The notes beneath the pieces are model-generated. The model saw only the letters and a list, made by a program, of their open reading frames with translations. It did no database searches and was not told where the DNA came from. A stretch of 64,000 bases of DNA from Promethearchaeota archaeon (GTDB lineage Archaea; Asgardarchaeota; Lokiarchaeia; Sigyniarchaeales; SOKP01), in the NCBI GenBank assembly GCA_030599585.1, contig JAUVNS010000003.1, forward strand, positions 192,001 to 256,000. The letters are read 5' to 3'. Every line of letters begins with the position of its first letter. The first letter of the stretch is position 1. Shown one piece after another: positions 47,131-58,043 of this stretch. The position numbers were made by a program, and so were the translations under genes.

Positions 47131-49557
47131 ATGGCTGAATTCATGGTTAACAAACGTATCATGCTAAAGTTGGAAGGCCATAGTACCAACATCTATATAA
47201 ATGGAATGGAATTTATGCAATGCAAAAGGTTAGTTCTTAACATTCCTATAAAAGGTATAAGGTTATACGACGACATTGATTCTATCGACGAGGCTTCTGA
47301 GTATTACTATCACTACCTTTTAGAACACGAAATTCACGAAGAGAGGGACGGACGATTAATAGAGAAATATTACGATCACCAATACGAGATTTCGTACGAA
47401 GCGGAATTCTGGGCTCATTGTAGCAATCTTCAAACTTGGTGTGAACACGGATACGACACGCGAATTCTGAAAGCGGATTTAGCCTTCCCGCTATTAAAAA
47501 GGCTAACCGATGTCGGGGATCCGTTGGCAAGAAAAGTGTTTAAAGAAGAAATCGCTAAAAGGATAGAAACGGGGTATGCTCCCGTCATAATATATTTAAT
47601 CAAAGAGAAGTATCTTAATTATCTGGAAGACGAAGAATTAAAAAGCGCGTTAAGCGATCCTTTAGGAAATATCCTAACATTCATTTTCAAATCCCTAACA
47701 TCTTCTGACAACGAGGCACAAAACGCAGCTCTGAAACTAAGTAAATATTTAAACGACCAATTACAGCAAAAAGTTGTATCTTTTTTGCTTAATCATGGCG
47801 AAATTATTAAAGAATCACGTTACCTTAAAAGCGACGAAATGAGACCAATTTATCGTCAAATTGTGATTGAAGTATTCAGGTCAAAAAAATTCAACACGAT
47901 AAAAAAAGGGGCTACGCTATTTTGGTTAAAATTGTACATTGATGATTTTAAGAGTAGGGATGAAGAAGCCAAGAAGTTGATAAAGAGCCATATCAAAGAA
48001 GTTTTTAGAATTGGTAGTAACGAAGAAGTTTCGTCTTTAATTACAGGCAACTATCTCTCCGTACTAAACAGCGAAGAATTACGCTCCTTAATATCATCTT
48101 CTCATCATTTGTTCGTTAAATGTTGTATCGATGCGATACAATCTGAAACATCTTGTTATAAAAAACCCCATTTAGTGAAAAATATAATTAAGCTGCTTGT
48201 GAAGGCAAGGGATAGAACTATTCTCGATCTTGTTGATAGCCAACTACGAGAAAAAATCGAGTCTTATACTTATTTTAGCGACTCTGAGCTAAAAATGTTT
48301 GAGGATGTTAACTTACTTCATGCTACTTTTCCAGAGAAAAGTGAAGATTTTTTGGGAAGCAACGCCCAAGAACTCGTTTCTTTATTGGAAGAAAAGATTG
48401 ATACACGTTTTTTGACACTAGAGCTCTTACAAGCAAAACTTGAGCTCATAGGCTCGGAAGTTATAGAACCAATTTTCAAAGTTTTATGTAGAACCAATCA
48501 CCACGCTGATAGTTGGGATAGAAAGGACCATTATTCTAGCGTGCTAATAAATAATATCGATTTTGAGCCATCGGTAATAAAAGAAAAATTTTTCAACTAC
48601 ATTAAATCGCACCGTTTAACTTTGTCCGAACATGAATATTTCTTTAAAGGCTTTGGACACACAAACCTTTCAAGAGAAGAATTTTGGGGCTTATTTGAAT
48701 ACGGCGAACATATTGTCGCCCTTGAAAAAGCTCTAGGGTTTATCGCATGGGCTGAGAGTCAAACAAATCCCGAAGACGGTGTTAATGTAAGAGTTACTAT
48801 CGAAAAAAATGTTATCACTCGGTTAAAAATTTACGGATTAACCGAATACGCCGATGTGGGACCGATGGTAACCTTACCTCAGTGTATTAGAGAAATTAAA
48901 TCGCTTGAGGAATTAGATGTCGAAAGCTCTGGGATGTTCCACGTTCCTGAATGGATTGATCAATTACCCAATTTAAAAGTAATTAAGTTTGGGGGTAATG
49001 GTTTGCGCTCGATCCCGGAGACTATTGGAAACCTTAAATTATTAAAAGAATTAGATTTGCAAGTTAGTCACATTCACAAGCTTCCCACATCAATATGCAA
49101 CCTTAAAAACTTAAAAAACTTAAATTTAGCGAGTGCAAAACTCCAAAAAGTACCAAAAGATATTGGGAACTTGAAGGACCTTAAAGTTTTAGATTTGCAT
49201 GATAATAAGATAGCAGCACTTCCCAGTAATATTGGAAATTTACATAACTTAGAATACTTGGATTTATCTAGAAACCCTAATTGCTACGACATTCCCGATA
49301 TGTTCGAACAATTAAGAGAGTTAAAAGTTTTAAGCCTAAGGGGTCTTAAATTCACACAAGTCCCCGAGTCTATTAAAAATTTGACTAACCTTAAAAAACT
49401 TAGTTTAAGTTATTGTACTAGTTTAACAGAAATACCCGAATGGATCTCAGAACTTACCAATCTTGAAGAACTAGATTTGCGTGGGACTAATTTACCAAAA
49501 ATTCCCGCATCAGTTAAATCTCTCGAAAAAAATTTGAAGATATTAAGGCTGAATTGA
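47131..49557 (+). CDS. LRR protein with Loki-type N-terminal domain
   Basis: N-terminal EFWAHCSNLQTW..YDTRIL..LAFPLLKRL..GDP; C-terminal 23-24 aa LRRs (LPxxIGNLxxLxxLDL). Confidence 0.9.
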   Translation: MAEFMVNKRIMLKLEGHSTNIYINGMEFMQCKRLVLNIPIKGIRLYDDIDSIDEASEYYYHYLLEHEIHEERDGRLIEKYYDHQYEISYEAEFWAHCSNLQTWCEHGYDTRILKADLAFPLLKRLTDVGDPLARKVFKEEIAKRIETGYAPVIIYLIKEKYLNYLEDEELKSALSDPLGNILTFIFKSLTSSDNEAQNAALKLSKYLNDQLQQKVVSFLLNHGEIIKESRYLKSDEMRPIYRQIVIEVFRSKKFNTIKKGATLFWLKLYIDDFKSRDEEAKKLIKSHIKEVFRIGSNEEVSSLITGNYLSVLNSEELRSLISSSHHLFVKCCIDAIQSETSCYKKPHLVKNIIKLLVKARDRTILDLVDSQLREKIESYTYFSDSELKMFEDVNLLHATFPEKSEDFLGSNAQELVSLLEEKIDTRFLTLELLQAKLELIGSEVIEPIFKVLCRTNHHADSWDRKDHYSSVLINNIDFEPSVIKEKFFNYIKSHRLTLSEHEYFFKGFGHTNLSREEFWGLFEYGEHIVALEKALGFIAWAESQTNPEDGVNVRVTIEKNVITRLKIYGLTEYADVGPMVTLPQCIREIKSLEELDVESSGMFHVPEWIDQLPNLKVIKFGGNGLRSIPETIGNLKLLKELDLQVSHIHKLPTSICNLKNLKNLNLASAKLQKVPKDIGNLKDLKVLDLHDNKIAALPSNIGNLHNLEYLDLSRNPNCYDIPDMFEQLRELKVLSLRGLKFTQVPESIKNLTNLKKLSLSYCTSLTEIPEWISELTNLEELDLRGTNLPKIPASVKSLEKNLKILRLN

Positions 49558-49964
49558 TTCGAAGAATTAAGGACTTATCCGTGATTTTAGATATTCGTTT
49601 TTCTTGGGTAAAAAGAAGGAAAACTGGAAACCACGACGTTCAAAAATATAAAAAGAGGAGACGTATTTATCTAATAATTACCCGCTCAATTCTCTTGTAA
49701 CTGCGCTCAGGGTTAAGGGTTGAGGTATTGAGTCCGAAGACTCTTAGGTATAAGAATATATTATTAATCATGGTTTCCAATTTTTTTTTCTATTGTAATA
49801 TTAATTACGTAACTATTTAAAGATATCTATCTTTTCACATGACAAAAAAGAAAATCTAAATTACAATCATAATTGATGATTAAGTTGCATCGTTGTAAGA
49901 TTTCTTAAAAATCTATTTGAATTTTTACGAGGATAAAAGTTTTAATTAAAAACAATGATAAGAA

Positions 49965-50786
49965 TTATAAATTGATTTTATTCGTAATTTTTGTAATAGT
50001 TTTTCGAGAAAGTATAATCTTTTTTTCCAAAGACAATTCCATAATCGAATTATATATCAAAAATATCCCGTATTTCTTTTTAAAATTTTTTATTACCTCT
50101 CGAACGAATATCTTATCGTCAGTACTTCCCTTTTTCTTGATTTTATAAAAATTCAATATATTCTCCTTCAAAAGCGATTTAATGTTTTTATCGTAAAAGC
50201 GAGCTATCTTAAATCCAGCGAACTCTGTGCACATTATATTCCAACTATGAATTGCTGTAAAATTGGAATCACGAAGAAAATAACTGTCGTATCGATTTTT
50301 AAACAAGACTCGTTTTTTCTTCTTTATTGGTTTAGAATAATGGAGTGCGAAAGGCGTTTTCAATGACGCTTTATTTCTTCTTATATCTAAGTTTACGTAA
50401 TACACACGACCTCCATACATTCGGTGCAAATAATTTTCTGCTAAACTTATCTTTATCAACTTATCATCTATAGGCCTTTTAGACGTTGCTACGCATTTTC
50501 CTTCTCCGTATAACATCCATAGGACGAAAATTCCCTTTGTGTTATAGTCCTTCGTTCTCGCTATTATTTCCTTAACAGAAATTTTAGAATTCTGAACTTC
50601 AACAACGACTTCTTTACCGGTATCAAGTTTAAAATATACATCGGCATACCGATTGCCAAAGTACTTTTCAAGTGATCTTTTTACAATTGATCCATCATTT
50701 TCATATAAATGCTTGTATAAGAGAAGTTTGATGGTTTTATGAAAAGATGATTCTGCTGGAGTACTAAGGAGTGAAATTTCTTTCAT
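49965..50786 (-). CDS. CoiA-like PD-(D/E)XK nuclease family
   Basis: ESSFHK, YADV, VVEVQNS. Confidence 0.75.
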   Translation of the reverse strand: MKEISLLSTPAESSFHKTIKLLLYKHLYENDGSIVKRSLEKYFGNRYADVYFKLDTGKEVVVEVQNSKISVKEIIARTKDYNTKGIFVLWMLYGEGKCVATSKRPIDDKLIKISLAENYLHRMYGGRVYYVNLDIRRNKASLKTPFALHYSKPIKKKKRVLFKNRYDSYFLRDSNFTAIHSWNIMCTEFAGFKIARFYDKNIKSLLKENILNFYKIKKKGSTDDKIFVREVIKNFKKKYGIFLIYNSIMELSLEKKIILSRKTITKITNKINL

Positions 50787-50892
50787 CTATATGGAATATC
50801 AAGAAAATTGTTCTTTTGTTAAAGTTGTATCAACCGACTAATATATGTGGACGGTATTTCAATTTCTTGAATTTTCACTAAAAGTCTCACAT

Positions 50893-51588
50893 TTACCAGT
50901 GAATTCGAAATAAAAAAAATAAGATTGTAACAAAATTACCCGTAAAAAACAAAACAGAGCTTCCCTTTCTTCCTTGAGGAAGGACGTCTCGAATTATCAT
51001 ATAAAATAGTATTCCTAAAACAAATGCCAGCACATAATTTGTTAACAAATGATCAAGTTCTAATATAATTCCTAAAACCGCACCTGCTAAAGGTAAAACT
51101 GAAAGAATGATTTTGCTATATTTTTCGTTTAACCGAGCGTCTATTGAATCCAAGGAGATGGAGGAGGTTAACATTTGCAGCAATAGCGGAGCTGATAAAG
51201 TGACAACTACGGAAAAATCTAATTCGACTAATGAAGCAACTATGAATCCTATTAAAAAATTATCTATACCAAATCCAATAATGTGTACTATTTTTAGGTT
51301 TTCTAATAGTTCTTGCTTATCCGTTACATGTCTATATATATATTTCTCAGCAAGGTGCATTAATAGAAAACCAATCAGCATGAAAAGAAATAAAAATTCA
51401 GTAACTCCCAAAGAAATAACATCGGGCACTAAGATCAGAAATAAAAGTGAAATGAGCAATCCTGAGCTGAAACTCAGAACAGAATCGCGATGTTCTCCAA
51501 TTAAACCTGAAATTCTATGACCGAAAAAATCTACTAATCCCAAAACTACAGCAATTATAAGTATTACTACTATTGTTAGGTCAGCCAT
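50893..51588 (-). CDS. ZIP-like metal transporter / integral membrane protein
   Basis: SFSSG..LFL.LVP, GFLLMHLAEK, GILFYMIIRDVLP. Confidence 0.65.
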   Translation of the reverse strand: MADLTIVVILIIAVVLGLVDFFGHRISGLIGEHRDSVLSFSSGLLISLLFLILVPDVISLGVTEFLFLFMLIGFLLMHLAEKYIYRHVTDKQELLENLKIVHIIGFGIDNFLIGFIVASLVELDFSVVVTLSAPLLLQMLTSSISLDSIDARLNEKYSKIILSVLPLAGAVLGIILELDHLLTNYVLAFVLGILFYMIIRDVLPQGRKGSSVLFFTGNFVTILFFLFRIHW

Positions 51589-51833
51589 ATCCTTTCCCTT
51601 AGGTATAAGATAATCTTGATGATTATTAAGAAATAAACTTTAATCTAATATTAATGTTGAGAGAGTTTGAACGTCTATTCATAATCTGACTTACTATTCT
51701 GAGAATGTTTTTAATAAAATAATATCTGATAGTTGAAAAAATTGAATTGATTAAAATTTTTCTTTAAATAGAATTAGAATATTAAAAATCCAATAAACTG
51801 TATTCAGTAAAAAAGCAATTAAAACTACAAAAT

Positions 51834-52553
51834 GTGATAAAAATGGTAGATAAACATAGTCAAAGTTTTTTCGGACAGTCAACAGGACTTACGCTTCTTA
51901 GCTCTTCAAAATCGGATTCGTTTATATTTTTTAAGTGTATTAAGAAAAAACCAGACGGTTCGTGGGAAAAACCATCTTTAGGAGAAGGAAAGACGATAAA
52001 ATGTAACTTAGACGAAATAGTTATGATTCTTGATGTATTACAAAGAAATAGCGATTCCTGGTCTAGCTTTCATAATTTTAACGATGTGAAGACTCAGATA
52101 TCTTTTAAATGGGAAGACGGGGCTAAGAAAAAACTGCTGATTTATATTGGTAACTATTCTAAAATGTTGAACTTTTCTCAAACTGAGATTTTCCGGTTAT
52201 TATTAAAGCATATTTTAGAAGAAAAAATAGAGTTTTCTACGATTTCAAAAATGCCTTCAGGAAAAACTGTTGTTAGCGGTTATAAAAATAAGGAACAAGG
52301 GAATCAAAAAAATAACGCTACGGCACTACCTGTCGTTAAAGAGTCCATCGAAAATAATGAAACCGATGTAAGTCAAATAAATGGAGTTATAGAGGGAGAG
52401 ACTGAAAAAGCGTTGCTTATCCAATTTAATAAGGATAAAGAAATTTGGATTCCTAAATCGGTAATCCGATCAAATTACGATTCTTCAAATGATATCTCTC
52501 AAAACTTTATAATTGATAACTGGATTCTTAAAAAAAATAATATTCCAAATTAA
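51834..52553 (+). CDS. hypothetical protein, Whirly/PC4-like N-domain plus ETEKA..WIPKS C-domain
   Basis: repeated beta-beta-beta-beta-alpha pattern; GETEKALL..WIPKS. Confidence 0.5.
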   Translation: MIKMVDKHSQSFFGQSTGLTLLSSSKSDSFIFFKCIKKKPDGSWEKPSLGEGKTIKCNLDEIVMILDVLQRNSDSWSSFHNFNDVKTQISFKWEDGAKKKLLIYIGNYSKMLNFSQTEIFRLLLKHILEEKIEFSTISKMPSGKTVVSGYKNKEQGNQKNNATALPVVKESIENNETDVSQINGVIEGETEKALLIQFNKDKEIWIPKSVIRSNYDSSNDISQNFIIDNWILKKNNIPN

Positions 52554-52564
52554 CTAACTTTTTT

Positions 52565-53758
52565 TTATCTTTGGGAAATATAGGGCAAGTATTCGTTATC
52601 GCATAGATTTTTTAATTGTTTATTATAATCAATCATTTTTTTTGTAATTTCTGGATGAGAAAGGAGCTCGACCTCCGATTTATCGTCGTGATCCCATAAT
52701 AAATAAGGCGTGTCCTCATTCGGAACTTCTTTTTTAACTTGTTCTATCCAGTCGTTGGGTAATTCATTTTTCAATTCTACATCTAGCATCCTCGCAAGGA
52801 ATATGCTCCAAGCTCTTGGAACGACTGTCATGAGGTAACCACCGCCTCCTACCGCAACCCATCTATTATTGCAATAATCGTGAGAAGAAGTATAGAGAGT
52901 TTGAGCAATATTCTTGTAGGCCGATATAGAAGCTCCCATTTGAGTTAGAGGATCGTCGAAGTACATATCCACGCCTAATTGAGTAAATAGCAAATCGGGA
53001 GAATAAGCTTCTAAAATTCTGGGCACGCAGTATCTAAATAGTTTTACAAGCATTCTATTATTGGTTCCAGGGAGTAAAGGAAAATTCAATGAAAAGCCTT
53101 TTCCCGCCCCTTCACCAACCTCATTTGTGTGTCCTGTGCCGGGAAATAAAAATTTTCCACTTTCATGAAAAGAAATAGTTAAAACGTTAGGATCGTCGTA
53201 AAATAACCATTGTACGCCATCCCCATGGTGACAATCGATGTCTAAATATGCTATTTTAATATCTTTTTTTAAATGCTTAAGGTGATGTATCGCAACCGCG
53301 ATATCGTTGAAAATACAAAACCCTGAAGCTGTTTTTTTTTGAGCATGGTGTAATCCTCCAGCAGGATTAAAAGCTATATTAACATCATCATTCTTCCAAA
53401 CTGAATCTGCAGCTACAATACTTGCTCCACATACAAGAGCGGAAGCTTCATACATTCCGCTAAATATGGGATTGTCACCTGGGCCTAAACCGTATATATA
53501 GGGTTGAATCGTTCTATCTTCAGGGTTTGCGCTTAATTTTTTAACTACTTCAACATATTCTGGATCGTGTGCTCGTTCTATTTGTTCTTGGGTTGCTACT
53601 ATTGGTTCTTTTATTTCTAGCCTTTTATGCCTCAGAAGATTTAGTTTTTCCATGAGATCATATGTTAATTTCAGTCGCAATGGGCGTAACGGGTGATTAG
53701 GTCCAAAATCGTATTTTCCGTATTGGTCTGTATAAACTAAAGCAACTTTGTCATGCAT
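52565..53758 (-). CDS. acuC: histone deacetylase family (AcuC/class I-like)
   Basis: HPLRP, GGLHHA..SGFC, DIDCHHGDG, GGGGY. Confidence 0.93.
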   Translation of the reverse strand: MHDKVALVYTDQYGKYDFGPNHPLRPLRLKLTYDLMEKLNLLRHKRLEIKEPIVATQEQIERAHDPEYVEVVKKLSANPEDRTIQPYIYGLGPGDNPIFSGMYEASALVCGASIVAADSVWKNDDVNIAFNPAGGLHHAQKKTASGFCIFNDIAVAIHHLKHLKKDIKIAYLDIDCHHGDGVQWLFYDDPNVLTISFHESGKFLFPGTGHTNEVGEGAGKGFSLNFPLLPGTNNRMLVKLFRYCVPRILEAYSPDLLFTQLGVDMYFDDPLTQMGASISAYKNIAQTLYTSSHDYCNNRWVAVGGGGYLMTVVPRAWSIFLARMLDVELKNELPNDWIEQVKKEVPNEDTPYLLWDHDDKSEVELLSHPEITKKMIDYNKQLKNLCDNEYLPYISQR

Positions 53759-53939
53759 AATATTATTATGAATTTAACCGACTATTTATTTTTTTTAAGG
53801 ATGAGTTATAAAAATCTATATCAAATATTTTATCGGAAAGACCTCACAGAATACATAAGATTATATTATATAAGTATCATATAAAAAAATATAGATAGTA
53901 TAGTAAGGTACTTAATAACCTATTCCTCTTCTATTAAAA

Positions 53940-54494
53940 ATGAGCCTAAGATTTAGAAAATTCGTGGAAAGAGTAGCAAAAGACAACGAATTCAAACCAC
54001 TGAAAAACAAATTACTAAACTATTTACAAAAAGAAAGCAAAAACAAATATAAAAATTATCCTCGGCTCATTGAGTTAATGCAAACATATTGGCCGAATTA
54101 CAAGCAAGGATCTAGAATTTCCCACTTACTTAGGGATCATTACAACGAGATATTTACTTTTTATCTGAATACAATCTTTCCTTTCAGAAAGAGGGGTTTA
54201 TCTTTGGCTTATCCTGAAGCACCAACGCCGGTAGATTTTAAATTGGTCTATCAATATCATTATAACTTGGCAGAGATCAATGTTGTTGATGAAGTTCTAA
54301 AAGAATGCAAATTAGAAGCTAAAGTTGATAGTATTTTAAAGAGGTTATTAATTTTCGCTGTTAGTTCATTCAGTCCCATGGTTGAGCTAATATTTAAGCG
54401 TCCGTTCGCATTTCAGTTCTCGAGTATTGATGCTAATCATTTGAGTAATGGTGAATGGGAAATTATTGCGATAATTTCAGCCAGAGAGCAATAG
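53940..54494 (+). CDS. hypothetical protein
   Basis: 184-aa ORF, no motif recognised. Confidence 0.6.
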   Translation: MSLRFRKFVERVAKDNEFKPLKNKLLNYLQKESKNKYKNYPRLIELMQTYWPNYKQGSRISHLLRDHYNEIFTFYLNTIFPFRKRGLSLAYPEAPTPVDFKLVYQYHYNLAEINVVDEVLKECKLEAKVDSILKRLLIFAVSSFSPMVELIFKRPFAFQFSSIDANHLSNGEWEIIAIISAREQ

Positions 54495-54560
54495 ATTCAT
54501 TATCCACTAATAAATGCTCTAGAAAATTACATTTTTATTCTACTATAGAAGGAAAGCCAT

Positions 54561-54989
54561 TTATTTCTTCAAAAAAGATCCCAAATCCATCATCTCGCCA
54601 TCACCTTTTTTAACTTGGATCTTTCCCTTAATTCCTTTAATTTTCCGCTCTAAATAGATGATAGCATCCAAGGGAATTTTTCTCGGTACGCCGCCTTGCC
54701 TATTTATAATTGAAATTAAATAATCTATATTGGCTATAACATCCCGACTAACTAATTCGTTGAATATTGCCTGATATACCATAGGTTCGTTCGCTTTTAT
54801 TTTTTCGAAGTAAGAAAAAGCATCTGGTGCTAAGACAACTCGTAATACATAGATAATTTTATCGTTAATTGATATGATTCTCTCTTGGCTTGCCTGTTGT
54901 CTTTTTTGAGCCTCCATAAGCGCTTTCATTTTTTTCATGCGCAATTTCTCTAATTCATGTTGTTCCTGATCCGTGTTAGACTCATCCAT
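54561..54989 (-). CDS. PDCD5-like DNA-binding protein
   Basis: ELEKLRMKKM N-terminal helix, LRVVLAPDA segment. Confidence 0.6.
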   Translation of the reverse strand: MDESNTDQEQHELEKLRMKKMKALMEAQKRQQASQERIISINDKIIYVLRVVLAPDAFSYFEKIKANEPMVYQAIFNELVSRDVIANIDYLISIINRQGGVPRKIPLDAIIYLERKIKGIKGKIQVKKGDGEMMDLGSFLKK

Positions 54990-55023
54990 CTTTACAACCT
55001 AGTTATTTATATTTCCCATAATA

Positions 55024-55941
55024 TTAAGAATTTACTACTTTTAAAGCAATGTCTAATGCTCTTATACCATCGTCGAGGGTAACATACTGTTCTTTATCGT
55101 AAAGAAAATTATTAATCTCTCTCTTTAAGGGTTCGTCGCTCCTTAGGGGTGTAAACGAAGTATCTTTAGTAATTGGATGTTCTCCCTGCAAATCTACCCC
55201 AGTTCGTATATTTACCTGTTGAGTAATGAAATCGGCAGATATACCTCCAAATTCCCCATTAACATAAATTCTCCGGAATTTCGATGGAGTTAACCAATTT
55301 GATTCAATTTGACCGATGGCTGTACCAAAATCTAAAATAATGAATGCAGCGTCAGCGTGAATACTATCTTTGTAACATTTTTTAATACCAAAAGCGTTTA
55401 CAATCTTATTCTTACTCATAATTTTTTCTTGAAGATAAATATCGTGGATTGACAAATCCAGAATTACTCCCATATCCCAATCTCTCTTAGGATACAGGCC
55501 AACGCGCTTCGAAGCAATTGAGATAATCTCCCCAATCTCGTCAAGATGACTTAATAGTTTATCAACGACCGGATTAAAAAGCTCAATAAAACCCGGCATT
55601 ATTCTAATATTATCGTATTCTTTGAACGAGATTAGATCTTCCAATTTTAAAGCCATTGGTTTTTCCATTAAAATATCGATACCCGCATCAGCAAATTTCT
55701 TAGCGATTTCGGGAATATATTTAGGCGGGGTAACTATGCTTACTGCGTCTATAGATTCGTTTTTAATCAAGTCATCTACGCTAGTATAAATGTTTACTCC
55801 GTCGTATTGTTTTGCTAGATGTTCTACTTTAGCTTCGTTAGTATCACATATTCCAACAAGCTCTGAAAGGTTATGAAAGTTTCTTATATGTGCCCTACCA
55901 AACCAACCAGCACCAACAACAGCAGTTCTTTTCTTTTTCAT
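55024..55941 (-). CDS. Gfo/Idh/MocA oxidoreductase (UDP-sugar dehydrogenase-like)
   Basis: VVGAGWFG, MEKP, GVILDLSIHD, SNWLTP. Confidence 0.9.
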   Translation of the reverse strand: MKKKRTAVVGAGWFGRAHIRNFHNLSELVGICDTNEAKVEHLAKQYDGVNIYTSVDDLIKNESIDAVSIVTPPKYIPEIAKKFADAGIDILMEKPMALKLEDLISFKEYDNIRIMPGFIELFNPVVDKLLSHLDEIGEIISIASKRVGLYPKRDWDMGVILDLSIHDIYLQEKIMSKNKIVNAFGIKKCYKDSIHADAAFIILDFGTAIGQIESNWLTPSKFRRIYVNGEFGGISADFITQQVNIRTGVDLQGEHPITKDTSFTPLRSDEPLKREINNFLYDKEQYVTLDDGIRALDIALKVVNS

Positions 55942-56065
55942 TTCTCTCTATCCAATTTTCTATAAAAAAAATAATAATGCTCAGAATAAGAATTTTATCA
56001 AGTTAGTAGAAGTATGTAATAAGATTTATCAATATACATTTCTTTAATTTTCTGTAATAACTTGC

Positions 56066-58036
56066 GTGATGAGAAACATGAAAAAAAAAAAATCTAAACT
56101 TACTTGCTTGTTAGTAGGTATTTTCTTAATAAATTGCCTTTTCACATCTGTTTATATTTTCCCCTCTAAATTTCAAAATAATAATATTATATCTAATTTA
56201 GGAGAAGATTATGTTGAGAAGGTTAACGATTATCTAAAATTAGCCCAAATAAGCGGAAACTTCTCGCGTTATAATTTATCTGTAATCTTGGACGAAGTGA
56301 GCTCCTCTGTTGAAGGAAATTTGACGGTTAATTTCTATAATGACGATGATGTAAACTACACAAGAATTCCCTTTCATATCTATTTATCCGGTATGGAATA
56401 CGATACAAGACCGGGTATTATTGAAATTGTAAATGTTACAGATTTATATAACCCAAACATAGCAATTCCGTTTGAAGTACATTCAAATCAACAAATAATG
56501 TGGGTAAATTTAACGGCAAACTTAGAACCTCAAAAAAGAGCAGAATTTTTAATTAAATTTAACGCAACCATTCCAGATGGAGGAATTGATAGAGCCAATT
56601 CTCACGGAAGCAATGCAACCCAATCACGCATTTTTAAGTTCGCGAGTTTTTATCCTATACCTTGCGTTTATGATAATAAAGACGGTTGGAACACTGATCC
56701 CTATTTAACTACAGGTGATCCCTTTTATTTTGATATGGCTTACTATAACTTCTTTGTTGAAGCCCCTAACGGAATGAAAATAGCAGCAACTGGGGGGTTA
56801 GAAGAAAAATTAGAAAACAGCGTATCCACGCAGTATCATTTTAATCCTATTTATCCTGTTCGAGAGGTCACCTTTTCAGCTTCACGGTATTTTCAAGTAC
56901 AATCAAAAATTTCAAATGGTGTTAATGTTTCAACCTATTTCCTTCCAAAAGACGCATATTTATGGAACAACTATGCTTTGAATCACGCTGAATATGCTTT
57001 AATTCTCTTTAATAACACTTTTGGAGCATATCCTTACCCTACACTTAATGTTGTAGAAGAGTATACGGATTACGGTGGTATGGAATACCCAAATCAAGTG
57101 TACATTTCGGAAGCAATAGATAGTTGGGGGTATCCTCTCGATGTTGATCGTCGGCTCTTAGAAAAAATAATTGCTCACGAAGTATGTCATCAGTGGTGGT
57201 ATAACTTAGTTGGAAACGACGAAATAGATGTAGGGTTTTTAGACGAAGGTTTAACTTGTTGGTCAACTGATTACTATGGAGAGTACTATTATGGAGACTG
57301 GGAATATTTCCAATTTACTACCTATATTGATGAAGTGAGAGTATATTACAATCTAAATGGGTTCAGCTCCAAAATTAATCAAACAGTATACGAATGCATA
57401 GCTACAGATACTGATTTTTATTATGTTGCCTATAAAAAAGCACCTCTAATTTTTGAAAAGTTGCGCCTAACTCTCGGACTTACAGATTTTTTAGAAGGAT
57501 TAAAGCTTTACTTTGAGAGACATCAATTTGAGCTCGTGTTATTGTCGGATATACAGCTGGCATTCGAGGATGTAGTAGGACAGTCGTTAGATTGGTTTTT
57601 CTTCCCATGGTTCGATAATTTCTTCCTTCCCAAATATTCAATTACACGAAACAATTACAGCTCCGAAAGTCAGAATTTAACTATAACTATAGTAGATCTC
57701 AACGAACCATGGAACGATTACGAATATTCTCAGCAAGTTCCTCTACATGTATATGATACCTCAAATTCTTTGATTTTTAACCAAATAGTCTGGATTAATG
57801 GGACAACCGAATTGTCTTTTACCATTTCAAAACAACCCCATCGAGTAAGCTTAATTTACAGTAATTATGTTTTGGTTCAATTAGCAGATGAATTTGATCT
57901 TACATTAGATTCTATAGTTCCAACAGACGATCCAGTTATACCGGGTTATGAGATGTCGTTCTTTCTTCTGATCAGTTTAATTTTTATTAGTTTTGTAATA
58001 ATTGCCCATAGAAGGAAGATTAAAAAAAGTATATAG
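56066..58036 (+). CDS. M1 family aminopeptidase, exported, with IPGY+TM+basic C-terminal tail
   Basis: GGMEYP, HEVCH, LDEG; IPGY then hydrophobic helix and RRKIKK. Confidence 0.92.
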   Translation: MMRNMKKKKSKLTCLLVGIFLINCLFTSVYIFPSKFQNNNIISNLGEDYVEKVNDYLKLAQISGNFSRYNLSVILDEVSSSVEGNLTVNFYNDDDVNYTRIPFHIYLSGMEYDTRPGIIEIVNVTDLYNPNIAIPFEVHSNQQIMWVNLTANLEPQKRAEFLIKFNATIPDGGIDRANSHGSNATQSRIFKFASFYPIPCVYDNKDGWNTDPYLTTGDPFYFDMAYYNFFVEAPNGMKIAATGGLEEKLENSVSTQYHFNPIYPVREVTFSASRYFQVQSKISNGVNVSTYFLPKDAYLWNNYALNHAEYALILFNNTFGAYPYPTLNVVEEYTDYGGMEYPNQVYISEAIDSWGYPLDVDRRLLEKIIAHEVCHQWWYNLVGNDEIDVGFLDEGLTCWSTDYYGEYYYGDWEYFQFTTYIDEVRVYYNLNGFSSKINQTVYECIATDTDFYYVAYKKAPLIFEKLRLTLGLTDFLEGLKLYFERHQFELVLLSDIQLAFEDVVGQSLDWFFFPWFDNFFLPKYSITRNNYSSESQNLTITIVDLNEPWNDYEYSQQVPLHVYDTSNSLIFNQIVWINGTTELSFTISKQPHRVSLIYSNYVLVQLADEFDLTLDSIVPTDDPVIPGYEMSFFLLISLIFISFVIIAHRRKIKKSI

Positions 58037-58043
58037 AAAAAAT

